From: Octopus bimaculoides
Lineage: Eukaryota
NCBI RefSeq assembly: GCF_001194135.2
Contig: NC_068984.1
Location: forward strand, 133,315,437 to 133,360,735
Direction of reading: 5' to 3'
Length of the DNA: 45,299 nt
In this document: piece after piece, positions 11,033 to 24,037 of the stretch
Layout: each line of letters starts with the position of its first letter
How positions within the stretch are numbered: position 1 is the first letter of the stretch
Program-made: the position numbers and the translations under genes
Notes under the pieces: model-generated
The model's input: the letters and a program-made list of their open reading frames with translations, nothing else
The model's database searches: none
What the model was told of the DNA's origin: nothing

Positions 11033-12689
11033 AATCCTTATCTTATAATCCTTTGGGGGGGGGGAAGGATACTAAAAGTTCTTTTTTATTAAATGAAATA
11101 AAGTTACAAATAATTTGAGTAAACAAAATAATTGTTATTCAATATTTTCCATTTTAATATTAATGACATTAACACTTAATCCGTTGGTGATGAGGCCTAC
11201 TGATATGCATTCATCATCATCATCATCATCATCATTATTATTATTATTATTATTATTATTTTTAACATCCACTTTTCCATGATTGCATGAGTCAGGCAGA
11301 GTTTATTGAGAGAGTTTCTATTGCCAGTCCGTACCTGTTTCCAAGCAACGTAATATTTCCCTTTGGCCAGATATGGTTTTCCAGAATATTAAAATTCATT
11401 TACAATAATCTCATGATGTCAAGACAAGGAAACACACATACAAACAACACCCACATATGATCGTTTAGTTTCTGTCTACCAAATCCACTCACAAAGCTTT
11501 GGTCAGCCTGGGGTTATAATGAGTGGTACTAGGGTGAGGTGCCATGTGGTGGGACTGAACCAAAAACCATGTGGCTGAGAAGTAAATTTTTTAACCACAC
11601 ACCTTATGAGCTACAAAAAGAATAAAAGTGCTTAAAATATTTAATTTCTGAATTGCAATTGATCAAGGCAAGTATATATAAATATATATTCTATCAGAGA
11701 AAAGATCTTGCTATGTATTCTCTTTAGCACAAAAAATGGTTAGCATATAGAAGGTTAAAACAGAAAGAAACACTAAGTAATCAGCTTGATTGATTTAATT
11801 GAACTTTCCTGATTTAATTGAACTTTCCATGTTCACTGATATCAAAATTGGTTGCTTCTAGGACTATATTTCTAACAAATACACTGCCTATTTGTTGTGG
11901 AAAATGGACATTAAATGGTGATGATGACGAAGATGATGATGATAACGAAGGAGGCATTTAGGAAAATAACTTGTTTTGTTTTTTTTTCTTTTATTAAGCT
12001 GGTGTTTGGAACAATATAATGAATGGTACTCGCATGAAATTACAATGGGTTTTAATTCAATCTTGATACCAACCCACCTGAGACTACCTCTTGTTTTTAT
12101 GACACAAAACTGCCTATTTTTAAGGTGCTTGTACTAAAATTAAAGCCTCCCAACATGATTATCTAAGAACCTTTTGTTAAATTACATTCCAAATATCAAT
12201 TTAATAACGAAAATTAAAAAAAAAAGATATAATAGATCCTTTCAAATACTTCATTTGTTTCAAAATTAATTGAAACTCAGAGCCAGTGTATTTCATTACA
12301 AATATAGAGATGAAAGGGTTAATTAGGAATTCTTTGAAACAGATTTTAAAGGCAATCTCAGGTAGGTTACATTTAAAGGGCCTAAGATTTTTCACAACTT
12401 ATATTTTCTCAGAACACTTTTTTTTTTTCTTTTTAATCAATTTTATCCATTTGATAGTTTTCTATATTTCTATCTCCATCCTAACATCCTTACTATTTTA
12501 GATTTATTTTTAGAGTTTTATGTAGCCAATTCCATAGAGTATTTGCTTGTCAATCAAAAGAAGTATCAATTCAGATCCCTATAGTGGCAGTGGCCTGTGT
12601 TCTTGCACAACTCTACCTAACTGTAAATAGAAGGATTGCACAAATAGAAGGATGTGACATGTTTTTCTAGTTTTCAATACTGACATTAA

Positions 12690-12908
12690 CTCTTTAGCAT
12701 TCAGATTACCCTGTCAAACGTAATACTTATTTATCCACGTTGTATTAAATTAATCATGAATTATTTCATAGCTTTGAGATTCAAATGGATGTGATCGTTT
12801 ACTTTTAGAATGATATTGTAGGGTAGGTATAAGAGGCTGGATTTAGTCGGTTTGAACATAAAAGATGGAATATTTAGGCTAAATATGGCAAGTTTAAATG
12901 CTAAAGTG
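12690..12908. mobile_element. piggyBac-type MITE, family 1, older copy
   Basis: TTAA|CTCTTTAGCATTCAG ... AATGCTAAAGTG|TTAA. Confidence 0.7.
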
Positions 12909-13649
12909 TTAAATCCTTTTGTATGCTTCAAGAAAGCCACAGCAAACTCCATCAATATATTGTCTCTTGAATTCAATAGTTGAATTCAGCAAGATAGAAT
13001 TCAATGGAGACCCAATAATTTAATAGTGAAGTAAGTGCTAATTTACTTAACCAATTTGTTACCATATTTCTGCTGAAGTATATTGCCTTTATTTTAATTA
13101 ATTTTGAAAATGATGAAGAATTTAGTAAAATAACTTTGTCGTTATTAAGCTGGTGCATGGAACAAAACTCAGCATGATAATTATGATGGAAGGCTTTAAT
13201 TTAGATCACTTCAAAAGAATGAAGTTTGTATCACAGAACCAGGAGCAGTCTCAGACAGAATGGTAACAGAAGAATAAATGTAGAGAGCAATATGATTTAA
13301 CAAATAGAGACTATACTGCTATTGAAGAAAGATATTGAACAATTATTGAATATAATTGAACAAATTAGCTAAACAACAGTGCAAAAAATTCAAAATGAAA
13401 ATAATAATTTCTAATTTTTAAATGAGTTGTCACATTCAGTCTCAGTTAATTAAAACTAAAAGTAGGTAATACAGTGAAGGGAAGGCTATATGATCTTTAG
13501 CAGACACAATGAAAGACCCTGGACATATTTTGGTCTTACAGGATTTTCTGAGTGAAGCAAAGTTGTTCATGTGTCTGCTACACCAAATCTCTCTCTCCCT
13601 CTCTCTCTCATGTTCAATTCATGATCTCACGGATATACTACACCAATTC

Positions 13650-14800
13650 CTCACACACATCAGGGGCTATTTAGAGATGTCCTACACAGCTCCTTCACCC
13701 CATCTACTCCCCTTGTGTATGGCCATCCCCTTTCTCTTCAACCTTTAGTTTATCCTAATAAAATGCTCCTTTCAACGCCATCTACCCTTATAATATAACC
13801 AAAGAATTTTAACCTTTGTTTCACAATTAATACTTCCAAAGCACTCTCAGGTTTCACTTGCTCTGTATGTTCACCCATTGACGATAATCTCAACAATCAT
13901 CTCCAACACTCCATTTCAAATGTTTCTATTTTCCTTTTCTGCTATTTGTCCAGCTTTCAGTTCATACATTAATGATGTAACATTGCTCTTAATCTCTGCC
14001 TTGTTGTTTGAAAAACTGTCTTATCTATCATATTTTTCTGTAGCCTCATCACAGCAGCCTTCTTGAGAACTATTCTTTTAATTCCATTTGAGCATCTGTT
14101 TCTTTCAGCCTTTAAATCCAAGAAAACTAAATTCATCCAATACTTACACTATCTGACCTCAGTCTTAAATTCCCTTAAATTTGAAGTTGACATAACTTTA
14201 GTAGTTTATACCTTCTTTCTTTCATCTATTATGTTTTAGTTCCAGCCAACTTTTTCCAGCATTCTTCTCAGACTCTCTTCATTAGCTGCCAAAAAGGTTG
14301 ACAATTGTCAATTGCCAGTCCTGCCATTTCAACTCCTTTCATCTCACCTAATCTCTCTTTCCTCATATTTTTACTGTTGCTGTATAGAAGAACACATGCA
14401 ACATAATGAAGCCCTTTTACTCGGTTCTAAACCACTGTGACCCGAAATTCTGTTCTTGCTTTTTAGCTTCTTGATCTGAAAAAAGGTTTTGCATCAGAAC
14501 TAAATATACTGATAGAAGCATTTTTTTTTGTTTTTCCAGCCAGCAAAAACTTTGCTGTAATCAATGCAGCACAAGTAGGCCTCTTTGCAGTATTCCCAAG
14601 ATGTTTCTATTATCCAACTACAGTTATTTTTTTCTTTTTTTTTTTTTTTCTTTTTTTATTCAATCGCTTGTTCCCTTAATTTTCAGCAAACATCATGTTT
14701 TATGGCCAATTTCCTTCCTGAAATATACTGAAGCCAGTTTTGAATAATTTTCAAAACAGTCTTGTTAGGCTAGGATATGAAGAAAATTGCCCTGTAATTA
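13650..14800 (-). mobile_element. Decayed RTE/BovB-type LINE, reverse transcriptase and C-terminal region
   Basis: Frameshifted translation gives NKTVLKIIQNWLQ, WIIETSWEYCKEAYLCCIDYSKVF, VLDEFSFLG, ESWT, ETFEMECWR and KQRLKFFGYIIR..GVERSILLG. These match RTE ORF2 motifs in the correct order, with many stops. Confidence 0.8.
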
Positions 14801-16400
14801 TTGCAGTGGCACGTATAAAAGCACCCACTACACTCTCAGAGTGGTTGGCGTTAGGAAGGGCATCCAGCTGTAGAAATTCTGCCAGATCAGATTGGAGCCT
14901 GGTGCAGCCTTCTGGCTTGCCAGTCCTCAGTCAAATCGTCCAACCCATGCTAGCATGGAAAGCGGACGTTAAACGATGATGATGATGATGATACACACAC
15001 ACACACACACGCTGGTGTGACAAAACAACATAAATCTCGAGATATCATGAGTATGAAAAAATAAACAACCAAATAAGCAATAACATACTAAAAGAGACAA
15101 GTATGATAATTTTTTTATTAATTGAGGCTATTTAACAGGTTATATTCTTTTGTTTCTAAAAAAAAATAAACACTTAAAGTCGTTTTACTGTCTGCTATAT
15201 AAAAGATTAGAATTTAAAACCAAACACAACATTTAGCTCTTTCTTCTTTCAGCTAAGCTAAACATCTGAAATTTTCAATTCTTACAACTTCCCAAACTAG
15301 AAATAATGAACAGAATTAAAAAAAGTAGCAAATTGTTTTTCATTCAAATGTCTATTTTTCCATGCTTGCTCACATAGGTCACATGGAATTTGTTGATGCT
15401 GATTTTCTATAGTCTGATGCTATTACTCTCACTCCATCATGAGAAATAGTAGGAGCGTCATTGAATAGTGAGAGAAGGTGTCTAAGTGTGACACACTGAC
15501 ACACAGAAATTAGTTTACACATTTATTATATTAAGATAGATGTATGTATCTATATATGACAGAATTCTTTTAGTTGCAGTCTACCAAATCCATCCACAAG
15601 GCTTTGGTCAGCCTAAAGGCTATAGAAGATACTTGCCCAAAGTGCCATACAGTAAGACTGAACCTGAAATCTTGTGGTTGGGAAGCAAACATCTTACCAC
15701 ACAGCCATTCCATATTTATTTTAGAGTCACTGGAAACATAAAAAAAAAGTGAAGAAAAAGCAAAGAATAATCCCTTGAAAGATAAAAGATGTTTTTCGGA
15801 ATAACTTATTAGTTCCGAATTCCAATCTGAAGTATATTTTCACTTGCTATTATATCTTGACAGAGTTACTTTATGACTTAGTTCATTTTCTTGTCATCTC
15901 AAGGTTATTTAAACGTCAGATAGACTTAAAGAGCTTCTAACAAGGATATTTTCCTCAAGCTTTTCAGTAAGAAGGATATTGTGTGAGATCTATCTTGTGA
16001 TATCACGGGCTAGGTCAAACACTAAGGATTAAGAATTAAGATGTATTAACCTAGAGCAACATCAATGGTAATATTGCAGGCCTTTTTTTCGCAAATAAAC
16101 AACAGATTGGAGATGTTTGGTTGATGTGATGTACCAGAGAGTGACTCTGATTCTTACAATAAAATCAAAGCATAAGATCATTAGAAGAGAAAAACATAAA
16201 ATCAAAATGTCTGCATCAGTTTTAGAGAAGGAACAACAATGAAATGTTGTGACATATCCATCTTTCCCAGAGACATTAACAATGTAAGTGATGCAGAATC
16301 AGTTTCAAATGACAACTAAAACTCAAGTTATTCAGGAAAATAACACCAATACAAAAAATATGTGTGTGTGTTGTGTGCATTAACAGCAAGATATCACTAA

Positions 16401-16454
<54 letters not shown>

Positions 16455-16461
<7 letters not shown>

Positions 16462-16608
16462 CACTCTGCTGGGTGGTTGGTGTTAGGAAGGGTATCCAAC
16501 CATAAAAACCATGCCAAAACAGACACAGAAGTCGGGTGCGGTCTTCTGCCTGGCCAGCTCCTGTCAAACTGTCCAACCCATGCCAGCATGGAAAGCAGAC
16601 ATTAAAGA

Positions 16609-16673
<65 letters not shown>

Positions 16674-17184
16674 NNNNNNNNNNNNNNNNNNNNNNNNNNN
16701 NNNNNNNNNNNNNNNNNNNNNNNNNNNNNNNNNNNNNNNNNNNNNNNNNNNNNNNNNNNNNNNNNNNNNNNNNNNNNNNNNNNNNNNNNNNNNNNNNNNN
16801 NNNNNNNNNNNNNNNNNNNNNNNNNNNNNNNNNNNNNNNNNNNNNNNNNNNNNNNNNNNNNNNNNNNNNNNNNNNNNNNNNNNNNNNNNNNNNNNNNNNN
16901 NNNNNNNNNNNNNNNNNNNNNNNNNNNNNNNNNNNNNNNNNNNNNNNNNNNNNNNNNNNNNNNNNNNNNNNNNNNNNNNNNNNNNNNNNNNNNNNNNNNN
17001 NNNNNNNNNNNNNNNNNNNNNNNNNNNNNNNNNNNNNNNNNNNNNNNNNNNNNNNNNNNNNNNNNNNNNNNNNNNNNNNNNNNNNNNNNNNNNNNNNNNN
17101 NNNNNNNNNNNNNNNNNNNNNNNNNNNNNNNNNNNNNNNNNNNNNNNNNNNNNNNNNNNNNNNNNNNNNNNNNNNNNNNNNNNN

Positions 17185-17215
<31 letters not shown>

Positions 17216-17396
17216 CACTCTGCTGGGTGGTTGGTGTTAGGAAGGGTATCCAACCATAAAAACCATGCCAAAACAGACACAGAAGTCGGGTGCGGTCTTC
17301 TGCCTGGCCAGCTCCTGTCAAACTGTCCAACCCATGCCAGCATGGAAAGCAGACATTAAAGAATGATGATGATGATGATGATGATGATGATATATA
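16455..17396. other. Same family B copy plus (GAT)n/(TA)n on both sides of N-gap 16674-17184; probable assembly duplication
   Basis: 16457-16630 is identical to 17211-17384. Confidence 0.75.
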
Positions 17397-18073
17397 TAGC
17401 GGTTCGGCAAAAGAGACCGATAGAATAAGTACTAGGCTTCCAAAGAATAAGTCCTGGGGTCGATTTACTCGACTAAAGGCGGTGCTCCAGCATGGCCACA
17501 GTCAAATGACTGAAACAAGTAAAAGAGTAAAAGAGTATATATATAGGAAATAAATGACACTGCTTGCATGTCAGTGACATTCATTTACAAATATCATACA
17601 ATACAAGGAGACACACACACACACACACATGCATGCATGCATGCATGCAAACATACTTTTTATACATATACAACAGGCTTCTTTCACTTTCTGTCTACCA
17701 AATCCACTCACAAGACTTTGGTTGGCATCTACCTGGAGAAACCAAGACAATGCTGATACCAGAGCTCAGCACAGCTCTGCAGCTCACTGGGTCCTGTTAA
17801 ACTACTGACCCCAATCCAGCATGGAAAACAGGTGTTCAATGATATTGATGACTGGTCCCTTGACACTTCTCGCAATGTCTTATTATTTTGGCATTAAGAA
17901 AATTCTTCTTATTCTACAAACTACACTAAAAAGAGAATTTGAAGGAGATTTAACAAATGCTATAACCATGAGAGTGGGACAAGCAAATCTAAATATCCAG
18001 TCTTCAAGTTTAATATAATGAGATGCAATTGGAATTTGTTCACATATTGTACCATTTAGAATCCAGAACAGTT

Positions 18074-18108
<35 letters not shown>

Positions 18109-18984
18109 CTTTTCTTTCTTTAAGCCGTAAATCACAGAAAGAGACAAAAGAAAAAAAACCCAGCAACATGTAGTTAATTAGACTTGAACGTTCTTATTTC
18201 TTTGTTAAGTTAAGTGAAACTGTACAAAATTGTTTCACAGCCTCATTAATTGTTGATGAATAAAACTTGTCTGCTGGTAAAATGACAGCACTATAATAGT
18301 AGCCTGCAAAAAAGACAGCCACTGGGGTTTGAGTAACTGCTGACACTCGAATACCATTACTTGAAATACAACTACAGACACACGAGTTTGTCAACTTAAA
18401 GTACAGCTACCAACACTTGAGGTTAAGTAACGTAGTCTTGACAGTTAATTCTTATTATATTTTTTATGATTAAATTCTCTTTTACTCTTTTACTTGTTTC
18501 AGTCATTTGACTGCAGCCATGCTGGAGCACCGCTTTTAGTTGAGCAAATTGACACCAGGACTTATTCTTTTGTAAGCCTAGTACTTATCCTATCGGTCTC
18601 TTTTGCCGAACCACTAAGTTACAGGGACGTAAACACACCAGCATCGGTTGTCAAGCGATGTTGGTGGGGACAAGACAGGCTTCTTTCAGTTTCCGTTTAC
18701 CTTTCAGTTTCCTAATGCCAACCACTCCTTGAGTGTAGTACGTGCTTTTACATGCCACCAGCACGAGGACCAGTCCAGCAGTACTGGCAACAGCCACGCT
18801 CAAATGGTGATTTTTACGTGCCACCTGCACAGGAGCTAGTCCAGCGGCACTGGCAACAACCTCGCTCGAATGTTTTTTTCACTTGCCAGTAAGACGACAC
18901 TGGTAATGATCACGCTCAAATGGTGCTATTTACATGCCAGCAGTACAGAAGCCAGACAGCTGCTCTGGCAATGATCACGCTTGG

Positions 18985-19144
18985 ACTTTTATAATTGAAT
19001 ATGATAAGGAATTGTATCAAAAAAAAGGTCGTTAAAATATTTCGTGTATTGTAGAAGAATAACCAATTTATTGCAGATAAATTTTAACAACAAAATCTTA
19101 TATGGACCCCCAAGGACCATGTGGACCCTGGTTGAGAACCGCTG
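18985..19144 (-). mobile_element. hAT(Charlie)-like element end; homologous copy at about 38974-39125 (+), related TIR at 43777 (+)
   Basis: CAGCGGTTCTCAACC / CAGCAGTTCTCAACC / CAGCAGTTCCCAAAC termini. The first two share internal tgcaataaatt..ttctacaatacac.aaatat. Confidence 0.55.
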
Positions 19145-19287
19145 CTATAGACAGTCTGTTCTCATTAAAAATACGAGTGACAACCTGTACAAATAGAATA
19201 TGAGGAAGCTAACATCAAGCAGCAGAGTTTCAAGATTTTATATTATCTCCGGATTCTATATTTTTTACATGTTCTCAGTTGAATCCT

Positions 19288-19345
<58 letters not shown>

Positions 19346-19692
19346 GTGTGTGTAGACAGATATACTTATNNNNNNNNNNTAGACAGATATACTTATGTGC
19401 AGGGTGGTTGGTGTTAGGAAGGGCATCCAGCCATAAAAAAAAAACCATGCCAAAACAGACACAGAAGCCTGGTATAGTCTTCTACTTGGCTGGCTTCTGT
19501 CAAACCATCTAACCCATGCCAGCATGGAAGGTGGACATTAAATGATGATGATGATGATGATATATATAAGATTCAGCACATTTAAAATATAAGATTTAAT
19601 GGAAACAGCCTTCAAGACTAATAATATAACTTATTGGTAAGCAACATCTGAATGGCAATAAAAATCATAAAAATTAAAACTATATTACTACA

Positions 19693-19724
<32 letters not shown>

Positions 19725-19830
19725 GCAGTGGAATGGCAGAATCAGTGGGATCATAAACAAAATTCCTTGCAGGAGTGATATCACTTTACCTTCTGAATCA
19801 AAATTCTGTTACAGTTAACTTAGCTTTTCT

Positions 19831-19871
<41 letters not shown>

Positions 19872-19879
19872 TTGACGGC

Positions 19880-20085
19880 TACTTCTCCATACTTGCATGG
19901 GTCATATGGAATTTGTTGAGGCAGATTTTCTATGCCTGGATGCCCTTCCTGTTGCCAACCCTCCCCTGTTCCCAAGCAAGGTAACATTTGCCCGTGCCCA
20001 GGGATTTTTTTCCACAGTAGACTGGAAATGAACAACATTGCTTGTATGATGGTGATATATGCTTATAACCATCACATAATTTCAA
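19880..20085 (-). mobile_element. Older (GAT)n-tailed repeat family F. Further copies near 11265-11440, 33610-33830 (same sense) and 37290-37480, 37900-38100, 44830-45045 (opposite)
   Basis: Shared gcagattttctat..ggatgcccttcctgttgccaaccc..ctgtttccaagcaaggtaatattt block next to (CAT)n/(GAT)n runs. Confidence 0.6.
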
Positions 20086-20613
20086 GACATACAAACACAC
20101 ACACACATACATACATGCATACATACGAGGGGCTTCTTTCAGTTTCTGCCAGCCAAAACCACTCACAAGGCTTTGGTCAGCTTGGGGCTATAGAAGAAAA
20201 CACTTGCCAAGGAACTGCATGATAAGCTTTTTAACCATACAGCCACGCCACCAGGATTAATAAAATAACTGTTGGTTAATAAGCCGATTCACAACCATGT
20301 GGTTCCAGGTTCAATCTCAGTACACAGCAGAGTGGGCAAAGTTCTGGCTGACCAATGCCTGATGGATGAAATTTAGAAAATGTGTGAAAGTCTGTCATAT
20401 ATTTATATATGTATGTGTGTGAGTATATAACTTTTGTTGATGTATTTCATTGAGAAAAACCAATAAATCAGTGTTCTGGTCAAGGTGCAGAGACACTTCT
20501 TTATTATGCTTGGCCTTGTAAATTCAGTGAACCAGTAATTAGCCTGTTATTAGCCAGTAACCGATGATGTTTGTTGTACACACACACACAAAAAAAAAAA
20601 AACGAAATAAAAT

Positions 20614-20995
20614 GAGCGCAGGAGTGGCTGTGTGGTAAGTAGCTTGCTTACCAACCACATGGTTCCGTCCCACTGCGTGGCACCTTGGGCAAGTGTCTTC
20701 TACTATAGCCTCGGGCCGACCAAAGCCTTATGAGTGGATTTGGTAGACGGAAACTGAAAAGAAGCCCATCGTATATGTGTGTGTGTGTGTGTGTGTGTGT
20801 TTGTTCCCCCATCATCATTTGACAACTGATGGTGGTGCGTTTACGTCCCCGTAACTTAGCAGTTCGGCAAAAGAGATCGATAGAATAAGTACTAGGCTTA
20901 CAAAGAATAAGTCCTGGGGTCGATTTGCTCGACTAAAGGCGGTGCTCCAGCATGGCCGCAGTCAAATGACTGAAACAAGTAAAAGAGTAAAAGAG
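20614..20995 (+). mobile_element. Full-length abundant tRNA-derived SINE (family A) with internal (TA/TG)n and (GTAAAAGA)-type tail
   Basis: GCGCAGGAGTGGCTGTGTGGTAAG head, cttgggcaagtgtcttctac core, ..gcggtgctccagcatggccgcagtcaaatgactgaaacaagtaaaagag end. Confidence 0.85.
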
Positions 20996-21102
20996 AGAGA
21001 GAGAGAGAGAATACTGGAGTTGATTTGATTGATTCTACCTCTCTCCACCTCTCAAAGTCTCTGGGCTCACGACTGTAAAAGAAACTACTACTACTACTGA
21101 AG

Positions 21103-21608
21103 CCAATGTTTTTGTCAACCCTCAGTGGTTACTAATATTTTTTTTTCTCCAAGGCAGAGAGTTGGCAGAATTGTTACACAAAATGTTTGCTTGCATTTCT
21201 TCTGGCTCTTTACGTTCTGAGTTCAAATGCTACCAAAGTCAACTATGCCTTTTATCCTCTTAGGCTTCATAAAATTACATCAACCCCAGTCAAGTGCTTT
21301 CCCCTCTCTTCAAAAACTGCTGGCCTTGTGCTCAAATTAGAGAGAATTATTATTACCATCATCGTTAATGTCATCATATGGTTATCACTGTTATACTCCG
21401 AAGTGGATTTTGGATTCATTTGTGCCGTATTCCAAGTAATACCATTTATTAATTCTTCCCCCATTAACAGTAACTAGACCACCTAAACTAAAAAAAATGT
21501 AGCTTTAGGCTTAGATTATTACCAAGTCAGTTTATCTAAATATCCAGTATGCACAATCTCCACATTTTCAAAATTAAAATAGCCATATATGTCACATACT
21601 TAATGTAT
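21103..21608 (+). repeat. Local direct duplication, copy 1 (copy 2 at 25391-26460 with a roughly 570-bp insertion)
   Basis: Homology extends beyond the SINE into flanks: ccaatg.ttttgtcaa, ggttatca.tgttatac..gtggatttt, atttattaatt..cccattaacagta..tagaccac, tatctaaatatcca, aaattaaaatagccat.tatgt..catacttaatgtat. Confidence 0.75.
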
Positions 21609-21675
21609 TAGATCTGTTATGGATGTGCAATGTTAGAGTCACAATAGACATACATAGATGACTATATTAATTTGA

Positions 21676-22790
21676 TCATCATCATCATCGTTTAACGTCC
21701 GCTTTCCATGCTAGCATGGGTTGGACGATTTGACTGAGGACTGGTGAAACCGGATGGCAACACCAGGCTCCAGTCTAATTTGGCAGAGTTTCTACAGCTG
21801 GATGCCCTTCCTAACGCCAACCACTCAGAGAGTGTAGTGGGTGCTTTTACGTGTCACCCGCACGAAAACGGACACGCTCGAAATGGTGTCTTTTATGNNN
21901 NNNNNNNNNNNNNNNNNNNNNNNNNNNNNNNNNNNNNNNNNNNNNNNNNNNNNNNNNNNNNNNNNNNNNNNNNNNNNNNNNNNNNNNNNNNNNNNNNNNN
22001 NNNNNNNNNNNNNNNNNNNNNNNNNNNNNNNNNNNNNNNNNNNNNNNNNNNNNNNNNNNNNNNNNNNNNNNNNNNNNNNNNNNNNNNNNNNNNNNNNNNN
22101 NNNNNNNNNNNNNNNNNNNNNNNNNNNNNNNNNNNNNNNNNNNNNNNNNNNNNNNNNNNNNNNNNNNNNNNNNNNNNNNNNNNNNNNNNNNNNNNNNNNN
22201 NNNNNNNNNNNNNNNNNNNNNNNNNNNNNNNNNNNNNNNNNNNNNNNNNNNNNNNNNNNNNNNNNNNNNNNNNNNNNNNNNNNNNNNNNNNNNNNNNNNN
22301 NNNNNNNNNNNNNNNNNNNNNNNNNNNNNNNNNNNNNNNNNNNNNNNNNNNNNNNNNNNNNNNNNNNNNNNNNNNNNNNNNNNNNNNNNNNNNNNNNNNN
22401 NNNNNNNNNNNNNNNNNNNNGCACACCACAACTGATGCTTCTAATGTTCAGCTTTTCTCTCAAGATACTTACACTCTGACGGGTATTCACATTGACATTA
22501 CACATCCAACGGAGCATACTGGCTTCATTCCTTGCGAGCTTACGTATGTCCTCAGCAGTTACAGCCCATGTTTCACTGCCATGTAGCATGGCTGTTTGTA
22601 CGCATGCGTCATACAGTCTGCCTTTTACTCTGAGTGAGAGTCCCTTTGTCGCCAGCAGGGGTAAGAGCTCTCTAAACCTTGCCCAGGCTATTCTTATTCT
22701 AGCAGCTACACTTTCAGCGCACCCACCCCCACTACTAACTTGGTCGCCCAGATAGCGGAAGCTATCGACTACCTCTAGTTTTTCAAATGC
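21676..22790 (-). mobile_element. 5'-truncated RTE LINE: ORF2 C-terminus (22421-22790), N-gap, 3'UTR and (GAT)n tail (21676-21897)
   Basis: Open frame EKLEVVDSFRYLGD..ARIRIAWARFRELLPLL..RVKGRLYDACVQTAMLHGSETW..RKLARNEASMLRWMCNV is typical RTE. The co-oriented 3' repeat on the other side of the gap ends in (GAT)n. Confidence 0.85.
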
Positions 22791-23997
22791 ATATATCAGA
22801 ATTTTATTCTTCAGGACAGCTATTTGCAACATCAGTGAATGTTATATTCACTGTTTTCTATATTGAAGGCAATAAATATTCACCTAAGCATGTGGATGAC
22901 CCAAAAAAGCCAAAATGTATCTGGTGTACTTACTGGCCACTACTGGGATGAATTTTTGTCTCCCTTCAATATTTATCAATTTTAACACAATATGTCCATA
23001 AGAGATGTTATCTTTGAACAAACACTGCAGTAACTGGCCTATTAACAGTGTTTATATAGCAAGGCAGTAAGCTGGTAGAATCGTTAGCACATCAGTTAAA
23101 ATGCTTAGCAGTATTTATCTATTTTTATGTTGTAAGTTCAATTTCTGGCAAGATTGACTTTGCCTTTCATCCTTTCAGGGTTGATATAATAAGTACCAGT
23201 TGAGCACTGGGGTCAATGTAATTAACTTTACTCCTGAGTAAGAATATAAAAAAAAAAACCTGCATCCATTTGCCAAGTCATATCAAGCAGCCAGTGTGGC
23301 TGAGTAGGCTCATCAAACCAGGATGATCTCAAGTTCAAATCCACATCCTCCACATTGGACCATGGTAGGTGGAGAGAACAAGACGAGCCCTTTATCCTGC
23401 AGAAGACTGAACATGAACAATCCAACCTAATCAAATCAATTAGGTATGAAACAGGTTATTTAATCAAAATTTTGTTTATTATGATTTATGTTTATAGCAT
23501 CTGTCTTGATAAGAATTCTCTGAGCAACTGCCATCATTAACATAATTATCTCTTATTAATTAAAATATCTACCAAGTTATTTAGGTTATTTAATGGCAAA
23601 TCCTTAGTAATTTCTATGTCTTTAGATGACTAATTAGTTCCATTTTTGGTTGACCTTTCTTACAGCATAGCATTCATGAGTGACACTAGTTTTTACATGC
23701 ATGATTTGTAGGTCACTACTATCTCTTCTTTGTACCCTATTCTCAGAATGATTGGAAGAGAACGAAGTTCAGCTTCAAGAACAATTCAACAAGTGTGTGT
23801 GTGTATTATGCATGCATTTACATATGTACGTATGTATGTAAAACACTCTAGACATAGGCTTGGCTGTGTGGTAAGAAATTTGCTTCCCAACCACATGGTT
23901 CAAGGTTCAGTCCCACTGAGCAGGTGTCTTCTACTATGCTGTAGGCTGACCAAAGCCTCGCGAGTGGATTTGGTAGACAGGAACTGAAAAAAAGCCC

Positions 23998-24037
<40 letters not shown>

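Noticed and set aside
11791-11828. 19-bp direct tandem duplication (also a 19-bp repeat near 3949-3999)
   Set aside because: Ordinary slippage duplications in AT-rich DNA.
18194-18394. 66-aa minus ORF (GYYYSAVILPADKFYSSTINEAVKQF) with a ttttttgcag acceptor
   Set aside because: Weak donor and no recognised homology; insufficient without expression data.
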